A DNA stretch of 64,000 nucleotides, taken from Candidatus Wallbacteria bacterium. GTDB taxonomy: Bacteria; Muiribacteriota; UBA9980. This document shows, one piece after another, positions 1-8,288 of this stretch. The stretch's first letter is position 1. Each line of letters opens with the position of its first letter. Both the position numbers and the translations under genes were made by a program. The DNA is taken from positions 17,854 to 81,853 of the forward strand of contig JAKJHQ010000001.1 in the NCBI GenBank assembly GCA_022703765.1, in the 5' to 3' direction. A model generated the notes under the pieces. The model worked only from the letters and a program-made list of their open reading frames with translations. It made no database searches and was not told the DNA's origin.

Positions 1-2308
1 TAATAACCTTTTTTGCCTCGGCGCTTTCCGTATCGAAGTCATCAGGAAGATCTGAAATAAGCATCGATAAGGGAGGATAAAATTTAATGTCTTTTTTATT
101 TGGGAGCCATGGTTTTGATTTTAAAATTTTTAAAATTTCAGTTTCTTCTTTTGGATTTTTTGCCGTTGAGTAATAAAACGGATTTATGTTTCGCTTAAAA
201 GCATCGATTATAAATCTCCATAAAACGCAGGACTTAGAGATTGAAATGTTATCTAACAAATTATCAATACCTATAATAACAGGCTCTTTAAATATCGATT
301 TTTTATCGACCGGATTTGTTTTAAATCCAAGTTTATTTAATAAATCAATGTCATTGCTTTTAAAAATGTCCTCATATTCTTCAGATAAAAAGCAAATGTC
401 CGGATTTCCTTCAAAGAACTCTTCTAACATATCGTTACCAGAATACTTCAAAGGCAAAAACAATTCATCAGGCATAAAATAAGACAATTTTCCGGATAAT
501 TTATTCAAGCCGAGAAAGATCCTGGTTTCTTTAAGTTTTTGAATTAAAAGTTGTTTATTAGTAATATCTTTTCGAAAAATTTCAATTATTTTCTTTATAT
601 GGCATATGTTTTGGTCAACGGACGGCAAGACATCTGAATTGTATAAAGGCAAAATAAATTTAATTACTTCATCGATTTCATCAGGCTTTTTAATTCCGAT
701 AAGACTAAAGAAATCTTTCGTTAAATCACTTTCTGATATTCGCCTTTTAACCATCGAAAAATATGTATTGTTTTCATCAAATAAAAACACTTGAGGCCGT
801 TCATTTTCATCAAAAGGTTTAATATGGGAATCATTTTCAAGCCGGATAAATGGTTTATGCCTTAACAAGCCATCAGACGCGCAAGCGGCGGACTTTTTCT
901 GCCATAAAGAAATGCTTTTAGAAAGATAAAAATAAAAGTCAATAACCCATTCGTCGGATTGTTTTAATATAAAATCCATATCGAAAAGATCGGCGAATTT
1001 ATTGCCATCTATATTGTTTACTCGCAGTTTTTGCCTAAAATATAAAGCCAAATCTCTATATTTAAAAATATCCGGATGGATCATCCTGGCATTTATATTT
1101 TTAGTTAGTATATTTAAATTATTGTTTTGAGATAATAAATTTAATAATCTTGAGTTTTCAGCGTAATATGCGTTTTTATATTCGACATATCCCTCGTCAT
1201 CGTTTGGAATCAACTGTTCTTCTGACATAAGTTTTTCAAAAACTTTTTCATACGCGCTTCTAAATCTACTTTTTATAGGAAAATCAGATTCGTTGATAGG
1301 CAAAATATTTAAAAAATCCGGATTTAAAAAACCAAGTTTTTTGATTGATAAGATGCTATCGGATATCAATGTTGATATTTCACTGTTTAATTTTAAATTC
1401 CAAACATCGGCAGGCGGCACATTGTCTCTGGCTGGAGTTGTTTTATAGGGGCCTTGCACTAGAAATTTTAAACGCGTATCTATGTTAGTGGGAAAATAAA
1501 CTACAAGCTTTGAATCACTAATTTCTCTTATAGTTTCCGTTTTTGTTTTATCATCGAATTCAATTTTATAAGCAATTTCAACTTTCAAGTCAAGTTCATT
1601 ATTTTCTTCACTATTTACTTTTCTCTTAAAAACAAGCCATTTTTCGCCAATTTTTTTTGTAATATCCGAAACTATAACGATGCTGGACTGGTCATCGATA
1701 ATATTTACCTTCTTTTCGATTATACCTGCGGAACTTTGATTGATCCGCCATTCAAGTTTTTGAATATAATTTAAAAAAAGGATTGTCCTTACGTCGATTT
1801 CAATCAATTTCTTTTTAATTAAATCATATATTTCGTCTTTTGATCTTTTTTTATGCTCGAATTTGAAAACAAATTTTGTAATCTCCGAATTGTATTGAGT
1901 TTCGATAAGTTCAGGCAAAACTAAATTTTTTATATTAAAACTGTAGGTTTTGGAATAAATTTCTGGAGAATTTGTTATAGCATATACCGACTTAAAACCA
2001 ATTCCAAATTTGCCGATTTTATTGACGTCATCTTTTTTCGTGCTGTTACCGATGCTGGTAATCGAAGCGACGTCTTTAAACAAAAAACTAACACCGTCAT
2101 GAAAAAATTCAAGCCGGTCATCAAACAAAATAAAACTGACCGATTTAGCTTTTTGATCTTCCGCATTTTGAATTAATTCATAAATAAAATGAGAAGGATC
2201 GTCGTATAATCCGGAAAATATTTCTTCAAAATTGAAATTATTGTTAGGTCTTTTTAGAGCGTCAAGATATATTTTTCTATCATTAATCAGCTCATTAAAA
2301 TCATTCAT
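1..2308 (-). CDS. Large sacsin/MORC-like GHKL (Bergerat-fold) ATPase. The N-terminus lies in the window; the C-terminus runs past the window start, so more than 769 aa are present.
   Basis: An open minus-strand frame runs from ATG at 2306-2308 (GGAGG RBS at 2316-2320) to position 1 with no stop. The N-terminus carries Bergerat motifs: FIYELIQNAEDQKA (motif I, ExxxNxxD), HDGVSF (motif II) and GKFGIGFKSVY (motif III, GxxGxG). The six-frame track misses it because the stop lies outside the window. Confidence 0.6.
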   Translation of the reverse strand, partial: MNDFNELINDRKIYLDALKRPNNNFNFEEIFSGLYDDPSHFIYELIQNAEDQKAKSVSFILFDDRLEFFHDGVSFLFKDVASITSIGNSTKKDDVNKIGKFGIGFKSVYAITNSPEIYSKTYSFNIKNLVLPELIETQYNSEITKFVFKFEHKKRSKDEIYDLIKKKLIEIDVRTILFLNYIQKLEWRINQSSAGIIEKKVNIIDDQSSIVIVSDITKKIGEKWLVFKRKVNSEENNELDLKVEIAYKIEFDDKTKTETIREISDSKLVVYFPTNIDTRLKFLVQGPYKTTPARDNVPPADVWNLKLNSEISTLISDSILSIKKLGFLNPDFLNILPINESDFPIKSRFRSAYEKVFEKLMSEEQLIPNDDEGYVEYKNAYYAENSRLLNLLSQNNNLNILTKNINARMIHPDIFKYRDLALYFRQKLRVNNIDGNKFADLFDMDFILKQSDEWVIDFYFYLSKSISLWQKKSAACASDGLLRHKPFIRLENDSHIKPFDENERPQVFLFDENNTYFSMVKRRISESDLTKDFFSLIGIKKPDEIDEVIKFILPLYNSDVLPSVDQNICHIKKIIEIFRKDITNKQLLIQKLKETRIFLGLNKLSGKLSYFMPDELFLPLKYSGNDMLEEFFEGNPDICFLSEEYEDIFKSNDIDLLNKLGFKTNPVDKKSIFKEPVIIGIDNLLDNISISKSCVLWRFIIDAFKRNINPFYYSTAKNPKEETEILKILKSKPWLPNKKDIKFYPPLSMLISDLPDDFDTESAEAKKVI

Positions 2309-2363
2309 TAAAAACCTCCAAAACTTCTAATTTATAGTTAATTACATACGATGAACGGCGGTT

Positions 2364-3050
2364 TTATCTTCTAAACGGATTAATGTCATTGTTAGTGTGC
2401 AAAAAAACGTCGCCAATCGGTCTCACCTTTCTGTAATCTGTTTCATTATTATATCCTCCGAATCTGTTAACAAACATGCCATTTGAGAGCAAATACCACT
2501 TGTAACCGTGCTTCAACTTAGAAATTCCATGTTCTTTCATTAATTCAAGCAACGGTTTGACGCTATTGCTATTAAGATAATTATGTACAGTATTTAAAAC
2601 TTTTCTAATTTGAAGATCTGTTTCGTCAAATTGTTTTAAAAATTGGGATATTTCAACTTCTTCGCCTTCTATGACGTCTTCAATTTCACCATCTTCAACT
2701 TCGCCGTCTTCAATAAATTCATAGTCTAAATTTTTTCCTTCCCAAAAAGGTTGTATATCTCTGTTTGATCTTATAAATACATCGCCCAGTGAAGGAACTT
2801 GAGATACATGTCCCTGCTTTGAGCCATATCTGTTAACAAAATCGCCATTGACTTTTAAAAACCATTTTAAGGCGCCGTTTTCATTGTGATACAAGCAATC
2901 TACATTCATCTTCTCCATTAATTTAATAAGTTTGTGAACGCTTGTGCCTTTCAACTGACATGTGCTTCCGATCGGGACTAAAATTCCAAGATCAAGTAAT
3001 TTTTGAAATCCTATTTCGTGAAAAAATTCTATTGAATCGCGTTTATTCAT
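2364..3050 (-). CDS. Hypothetical protein made of two tandem copies of an unrecognised ~95-aa domain (W.L..G.FVNR[YF]GG ... GDVF...N.I[NQ]PF), joined by an acidic linker.
   Basis: ATG at 3050 with a GGGAGGG RBS. The halves are internally duplicated: KWFLKVNGDFVNRYGSKQGHVSQVPSLGDVFIRSNRDIQPF and KWYLLSNGMFVNRFGGYNNETDYRKVRPIGDVFLHTNNDINPF. The same domain opens the CDS at 6826..7941. Confidence 0.55.
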   Translation of the reverse strand: MNKRDSIEFFHEIGFQKLLDLGILVPIGSTCQLKGTSVHKLIKLMEKMNVDCLYHNENGALKWFLKVNGDFVNRYGSKQGHVSQVPSLGDVFIRSNRDIQPFWEGKNLDYEFIEDGEVEDGEIEDVIEGEEVEISQFLKQFDETDLQIRKVLNTVHNYLNSNSVKPLLELMKEHGISKLKHGYKWYLLSNGMFVNRFGGYNNETDYRKVRPIGDVFLHTNNDINPFRR

Positions 3051-3063
3051 TTCGTCCCTCCCT

Positions 3064-3405
3064 TTACATATTTATAATTTTCCATTGAGCGCTCTGACTG
3101 GGCCTGCCCTCTACATCTTTAACGCGACATTTAATTTTATGCAGGATGATTGGAAAAGTCGGCGTAGAACGACCCCTGGGCCATTTTCCGTTGCTTTCAG
3201 TATATGTCCCTTTTTCTTTATCAAAACAGTGGTCGCTTAACATTCTTCCTATATCAGCATTATATGAATCGCATACTGAAGTATCTTTATCTCTTAAATA
3301 TTGGCCTTTGATGGCAATTATAACGTCAATCGTATAAAATAAAGTCTTGCCTTCATCACGCCATTTTTTGATTAATTCTTCAATAAAAGTAACATGATCG
3401 AACAT
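3064..3405 (-). CDS. Small hypothetical protein of about 113 aa. The start was moved to an internal ATG that has a GAGGTG RBS.
   Basis: ORF 3064..3417. An ATG at 3403-3405 is preceded by GAGGTG. It sits 13 nt upstream of the next gene in the same orientation. No recognisable motif. Confidence 0.4.
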   Translation of the reverse strand: MFDHVTFIEELIKKWRDEGKTLFYTIDVIIAIKGQYLRDKDTSVCDSYNADIGRMLSDHCFDKEKGTYTESNGKWPRGRSTPTFPIILHKIKCRVKDVEGRPSQSAQWKIINM

Positions 3406-3504
3406 ATCGCACCTCACAATTCCGATTTTTATCTAATTTATTTACTCACATAACTAATAATTCTAACTTATTTTAAAATCAAAAAAATTATTAATTTTTT
3501 TAAT

Positions 3505-4803
3505 TTATAATGTTTCAATCTTCTTAAATTTCTCGATAATACTCTCGGTCACTGACTTTTCCGTTCTCGTTACAGCCTTCATTATATCGTCTTTAAGAAT
3601 GTGGTCACGCTCGATGTCATTCCGGTCGAAGGCGTCGAAGGCGGCTTCATCAACGATGTGCGCTATGTCTGCGCCGGAATAACCGTCAAGTGCGGCGGCT
3701 ATGTCTATCATTTCGGTTTCGCCGATCTGGCAGGCTTTGTCTTTAAGGTTGATTTTAAGGATTTTTAGGCGTTCTTCGGCGTTCGGCAGGCCTACATAAA
3801 ATTTCTTGTCGAAACGGCCGGGACGGAGGAAAGCTTTGTCGATTTTCTGCGGCTCGTTAGTGGCAGCTATAATGATTATCTGGCGGTCTTTTTCGTTGAA
3901 GAGCGTGCTTAATTGCGATAAAAGGACCGGCGTGATGCGCTCCATAACCGACGACGACTGGCCGTCGCGGGTCTTTAATATCCACTCGGCCTCATCCATG
4001 AATAGCACGGCGCGCGGCTGGCGTGCGATCTCGCTGAATAATTTTTCGAGGTTCTCCTCGGCCTCGCCGGGATAGCCTATTATGAATGAAGGGGTTATTT
4101 CGAAGAATTTCGCCTGTATCTCGCTGCTGATCGCGCGGGCAATAAGGGTCTTGCCCGTGCCGGGCGGACCGTAAAGGAGCATTCCGCCCCCGACGCGCAG
4201 TTTGAATTTGTCGGCGCGCTCAGGGTCCTTTGCGGGCGCGATGATGCGGCTTCGGATGAAGTTTTTGACCTGGTCGAGGCCGGCTACCTGATCGAGGTCG
4301 AAGCCGGCTTCTATTATCTGGCCGGGCAGGGCGGGCGGTTCGGCGTCGATCTCGAGGAATTCTTTGAGTTCGGGCGGCATGTCTTCGAGCGTGCCGTAGA
4401 ATAGTTTCAAGACTTTTTCGGTGATATCGGGGCCGTGAACCGGATATTGCGGGTATGAAAAGCATCCGAATTTCGCCAGTTTTAACTTGATTATTTTATC
4501 CAGGCGATCGAATGCGTTTTCTATGTATAAGATATTTGCGGTGACGGGGCGGACTTTGACATGAAGCGGATATTCGCCGCGGAACGCGCCCGGAACGAGA
4601 TTATAACCCGGCCGGTCTTCCGCCGCGAAAACGCCTATAAGATTTTGCCTTTCGGCATTATAAAGAAAGCCTATATGGCCTTTTTCAATGCTCTGCAGGT
4701 TGGCGTGATCGTATTTTACGCCGCCGAAGACGCCTTTTTCGATGCATTCGGCCTCCGTTTTGTTGTTGCAGATCCTGAAAAAGCACGGAACTTTTATCCT
4801 CAT
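3505..4803 (-). CDS. DCD-domain (PUA-like, EVE/YTH-related) protein fused to a classical AAA+ ATPase.
   Basis: The N-terminus has DCD motifs: FRICNNKTEAECIEKGVFGG, GFLYNAERQNLIGVFAA and PGAFRGEYPLHVKVRPV. The AAA module has Walker A GPPGTGKT, Walker B VLFMDEAE and second-region-of-homology ATNEPQKIDKAFLRPGRFD. The start was set at the second Met (AGGGGTGG RBS 5 nt upstream); the longest ORF begins at 4857. Confidence 0.75.
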   Translation of the reverse strand: MRIKVPCFFRICNNKTEAECIEKGVFGGVKYDHANLQSIEKGHIGFLYNAERQNLIGVFAAEDRPGYNLVPGAFRGEYPLHVKVRPVTANILYIENAFDRLDKIIKLKLAKFGCFSYPQYPVHGPDITEKVLKLFYGTLEDMPPELKEFLEIDAEPPALPGQIIEAGFDLDQVAGLDQVKNFIRSRIIAPAKDPERADKFKLRVGGGMLLYGPPGTGKTLIARAISSEIQAKFFEITPSFIIGYPGEAEENLEKLFSEIARQPRAVLFMDEAEWILKTRDGQSSSVMERITPVLLSQLSTLFNEKDRQIIIIAATNEPQKIDKAFLRPGRFDKKFYVGLPNAEERLKILKINLKDKACQIGETEMIDIAAALDGYSGADIAHIVDEAAFDAFDRNDIERDHILKDDIMKAVTRTEKSVTESIIEKFKKIETL

Positions 4804-4893
4804 AAAGACCACCCCTGTTAATGAATTAATTTTATCAATTATAAATTTATTTGTCAAATAATAGTTTAAGTAGATTTGATATTTTTTTATATG

Positions 4894-5283
4894 CTATCTG
4901 CCGTCTTCCTGACTTTCAATCCTCGCGATGCGTTTTCTTAATTCCATTAATAATTGGAACATGTTCATCTTCCGGAACAGCATTTCGCTTCTCATTTCGC
5001 TTAGCGCTCTTTCTCTTAGTTTCGCCTGCCGTCTTTCTTCTTTCTCAAGCTCAATCCGCTTCTGCTCTTCGTACTGACGTTTTAGCACGTCCAGTTTTTC
5101 TTTTTGCTTTGCCTGGATTTGCTGCCGGTATAACTTGACGTAAAGCGGTGCAAATCCAATTATAGGTCCAAGGATCGCGATATAGGGATTTTCTAAAGCA
5201 TAGTTGCCGCATATAAAGATGACGGCGATAATAAAAATCATCGATTTGACGTATACCCATATAAAATCAAACAGCGTTACCAT
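4894..5283 (-). CDS. Small membrane protein with two predicted TM helices and a charged coiled-coil C-terminus.
   Basis: GAGGAGGT RBS. Hydrophobic N-terminal segments IFIIAVIFICGNYAL and ILGPIIGFAPLYV, then a K/E/R-rich heptad region. Co-oriented within the cluster. Confidence 0.5.
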   Translation of the reverse strand: MVTLFDFIWVYVKSMIFIIAVIFICGNYALENPYIAILGPIIGFAPLYVKLYRQQIQAKQKEKLDVLKRQYEEQKRIELEKEERRQAKLRERALSEMRSEMLFRKMNMFQLLMELRKRIARIESQEDGR

Positions 5284-5378
5284 ATAAATACCTCCTCATC
5301 ATATTTGTAATAGCCGGAAATGGCAATAACATGAATACGAAAAGTTTGCGCTAATTCACTAAATTTGCCTTCATATGA

Positions 5379-6818
5379 TTAAATCGCTTCATCATCTGGT
5401 ATCTGTACATATTCGTTCCGTGACCTTTCGGCGAGGTCCGCCCGGCCGCATTTTTCGTAATATTCAATAGACAGACGGAAATGTTCTCGCGCGCCCCGCA
5501 TCGCGCCATAGGCGGCGAACTCGAGCCCGGCCGAATAGTGGAGCCGGCCCATGTAAAGCGCATTGGTAACGCCGCGCTCGCCGGCAGTTGCGATAGCACG
5601 GCAGTAAAGTTTTAGAGTAGTTTCATGATCGTCAAGCGCGTTTGAATACGCGTCGCAAATGCTCAATAAATCGCGCAGGGGCCTCACGTTATCATCGGAT
5701 ATCAGGCCCAGGTATAATTCGGCGGCGAGAGGCAGATAAGTTTCCGCCGCACCGGTTTCGCTAATGGCGATTGCGGCTTCGGCAATGCCTTTGTATGCAT
5801 CGGCAAGCAGAATGTCGCGGCCAGGCGAAGACGGCATATCCGCAAGCAGGCCGGACGCCGCGCTGAACGCTTCTAAGGCGCCGCGATAGTCGGTTACACA
5901 CATAAGTGAAGAGCCGCCGGTGTTTTCGATAGAAGCGAATACCTCGGGATCGTTAATGCCGCACTCTATCGTATGGCGCTTCAGATCGGCGTTATAAGAG
6001 ATCGCCATGCCGTACCAGCCCAGCTCGGCGCAGGCAAGAAAAGCGAGCTCATAGGCTTCGCGAAGATCGGCATATGGAAAAGAAACCGCCGAAAAGGGTT
6101 TTGGCGGAATATTGCCCGAATGCTCCACCGCCGCATAGCCGTGCTTTTCAATTAAGCCCTCATAAACGGATATCGCGCTGTTTAACTGGCGGAACGCTTC
6201 TTCATATCTGTCGGCCTCCAACAAATAACGGCCGTAGCAGCAATAATAATCGGCGACGGCCGGATCGTTGAGACCGCGCGCCTTCAATATCTCGATCAGC
6301 GCAAGACGCATGTCTTCGCACGCGCCGGCATATTCTTTAAGGGCGCAATGCGCGGCCGCGCGCTTTTTTAATATCATATATTTTTGAACGCTTTCGCTAC
6401 TATCCAGGTCGGACGCCGCGCCGGCTGCGTCACGCCACATTTCTGAGTCGTCGAGGGCCTTTAACGCTTCTTCGAAGCTCCCGTTCTCAATATGGATATA
6501 TGCCGCCGAGTAAAATGCGGTAGCAATGCCGGCTTTGTCCACCGCGCCGCCGCGCACGAAAGTTATGAGCGCCGATTCTATTAATTTAAGCGCCTGCTCG
6601 AAACGGCCGGCGTCATACTCACGCCAGGCTTCTTCGAGCAGCGCACGCGCTCGGTCGGCGCTCGAGCCGGCAAATTCGTCAATACGCGAGGCTGCAAGAG
6701 CAGAAAGTTCACTTATCGAAGGGACCGGTTCATCGGCGGGATCGTTTTGAGCGGCGCCCTCTCCGTGAGGGGTCTGAAAATATTCATCGAGCCTGTCTAA
6801 AAATTCTGAATCGCCCAT
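5379..6818 (-). CDS. TPR-repeat protein.
   Basis: Repeated helical motifs with A/L/Y/G spacing typical of TPR, for example FEQALKLIESAL, YEEAFRQLNSAISVYEGL and ALYMGRLHYSAGLEF. GC-rich gene, 7 nt downstream of the preceding gene. Confidence 0.65.
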   Translation of the reverse strand: MGDSEFLDRLDEYFQTPHGEGAAQNDPADEPVPSISELSALAASRIDEFAGSSADRARALLEEAWREYDAGRFEQALKLIESALITFVRGGAVDKAGIATAFYSAAYIHIENGSFEEALKALDDSEMWRDAAGAASDLDSSESVQKYMILKKRAAAHCALKEYAGACEDMRLALIEILKARGLNDPAVADYYCCYGRYLLEADRYEEAFRQLNSAISVYEGLIEKHGYAAVEHSGNIPPKPFSAVSFPYADLREAYELAFLACAELGWYGMAISYNADLKRHTIECGINDPEVFASIENTGGSSLMCVTDYRGALEAFSAASGLLADMPSSPGRDILLADAYKGIAEAAIAISETGAAETYLPLAAELYLGLISDDNVRPLRDLLSICDAYSNALDDHETTLKLYCRAIATAGERGVTNALYMGRLHYSAGLEFAAYGAMRGAREHFRLSIEYYEKCGRADLAERSRNEYVQIPDDEAI

Positions 6819-6825
6819 AATAACT

Positions 6826-7941
6826 TCACCTTCTTCCGCCCGCGGGCTTTCTTTTTAAATAAGCCTCCAGCGTGACCGCAAGCTGCGGGTTAGCGCAGGC
6901 GACCTTCAGCATCTCATAAAAATAATCGCCTTCGAGCTCCCGGTAGGCGTCAAGTATATCTTTCCAGCCGATAAGCCTTACCCGCGAAGGATTGCAGCCC
7001 GCCGGACGCAATCCTTCTTCATAGTCAGGCGCGCTTCCCTCGCCGCGGGGGGCGCCGGTTAATTCGGCCAGCAATCCGGCTTCAAATTCAGCCGTAGGAG
7101 AAAGAATAAGGCCGACATGCGCAAAGTTTTCGGGCGGCATGGCGTTGCGCTCCATGATAGTATTTATAACAGGCATCTGCCTGCGCATCTGGGCGGCGAG
7201 ATCGGACGCCGTCACGTAGTCGTACATCTTCGCCTCGACCACCACCAGGAATTTTTCGCCGCACGCCGCGCGCAGCAATATAACGATATCCGGCGTGTCG
7301 CGCTTTATATGCCATACTTCCCGCCAATCCAGGGCGGATTCTTTGAGCGAATATTCGGTGTAGAAACATATTTCAGAATTCGAATATTCAGTTTTGATAA
7401 ATTTATCCGGAACGCCGGCCATTTTAAGAAAAATATGCAGACGGCTGAAACGGCCGCCGCAGACTATATTCGGAAATACGCATGAAGTCCAGTAGCGTTC
7501 TTTCCTGTTAAGCGGCAGCGAGTTTATCATATCGTTCATTTCACCGGCGCGCTCGAGATCGGTTGCGCGAAAGGCGCGGGCTGCAGAGCCCGGGAGTTCG
7601 GGGCGCCCGGACGGGTTCAAGCCGCCAGGTTTCTTGCAGTAAAAGGGATTAATGCGCCTGTTGGCCCCTCTAAATACCTCACCCATAGAAGAAACCGATG
7701 TTAGCTTAACCGGTTCGTCATGGCCGCCATAACGGTTTACGAAAACGCCGCCGGACTCCAGCGACCAGTCTTCGCCGAATTCCAGCCCGGAAACGCCTTT
7801 CTGCTCCATAAAAGCCATAAGCGGCGCAACGCTCGCGCCAGTAAGAATAAGCTTTTCACCGTTGATTATCCCGAGCTTCATAAGCTTGCATAGCCCCGCA
7901 GACTCCAAAAATACGGTAATGTTTTCAACAACGCCTTGCAT
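6826..7941 (-). CDS. Fusion of the unrecognised ~95-aa domain (N-terminus) to a PD-(D/E)xK nuclease-fold domain (C-terminus).
   Basis: AAAGGGGTGA RBS. The N-terminal copy is DWSLESGGVFVNRYGGHDEPVKLTSVSSMGEVFRGANRRINPF. The C-terminal half has a textbook motif, TPDIVILLRAACGEKFLVVVEAKMYD (PD ... ExK), with an upstream acidic EICFYTEYS. Confidence 0.6.
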   Translation of the reverse strand: MQGVVENITVFLESAGLCKLMKLGIINGEKLILTGASVAPLMAFMEQKGVSGLEFGEDWSLESGGVFVNRYGGHDEPVKLTSVSSMGEVFRGANRRINPFYCKKPGGLNPSGRPELPGSAARAFRATDLERAGEMNDMINSLPLNRKERYWTSCVFPNIVCGGRFSRLHIFLKMAGVPDKFIKTEYSNSEICFYTEYSLKESALDWREVWHIKRDTPDIVILLRAACGEKFLVVVEAKMYDYVTASDLAAQMRRQMPVINTIMERNAMPPENFAHVGLILSPTAEFEAGLLAELTGAPRGEGSAPDYEEGLRPAGCNPSRVRLIGWKDILDAYRELEGDYFYEMLKVACANPQLAVTLEAYLKRKPAGGRR

Positions 7942-7973
7942 ATTATCACCCCTTTTTAAATTATAAAATAAGA

Positions 7974-8080
7974 CTCATTTTTATTTCATGCGGGCAGGTA
8001 TTAGTGAATAGTGTACAGTGAATAGTGAATAATGAATAGTTAAGGTTGGGGATCGCCCTGCGAGCTTTATATATAAAATA
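7974..8080 (+). repeat. Intergenic repeat family, head module (H), copy 1.
   Basis: tcatttcatgcgggcagg, then tandem agtgaatag-like units, then the ggggatcgccctgcgagc hairpin, then tttatatataaaatat. About 85% identical to 32538-32640. Inverted copies lie at 37420-37523 and 43291-43355. Confidence 0.8.
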
Positions 8081-8288
8081 TAAAAATATTCTACCTACTT
8101 TTAATTTTAGCAAAATATTATAAAAAAGTCAATAATATTCAAAAATATTTTTACCCTTTTTTAAATATTATTACCCCCTTCTGTTTTAAGTTGATTTATC
8201 AATGCATTCCTTTATACCCAAAAGCTCCCACATCAGGCGGCATAATTAAAACGCTTACCATAAAACCATAATTTCAATTTACTGAACG

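Noticed and set aside
186-2166. Short ORFs 186..482(+), 606..794(+) and 1975..2166(-) from the six-frame track
   Set aside because: They lie antisense to, or out of frame within, the long minus-strand GHKL ATPase frame (1..2308). That frame is open throughout and has a strong RBS. The short ORFs have low-complexity AT-driven composition.
4220-4465. Arg/Pro-rich 81-aa ORF within the AAA+ gene
   Set aside because: It is an alternate frame of a GC-rich region, implausible as a protein, and fully contained in a well-supported CDS.
7990-8040. Possible CRISPR-like array from the tandem agtgaatag units
   Set aside because: The units are only 8-9 nt, irregular, and have no spacers. They form part of the repeat family's head module and are not a CRISPR array.
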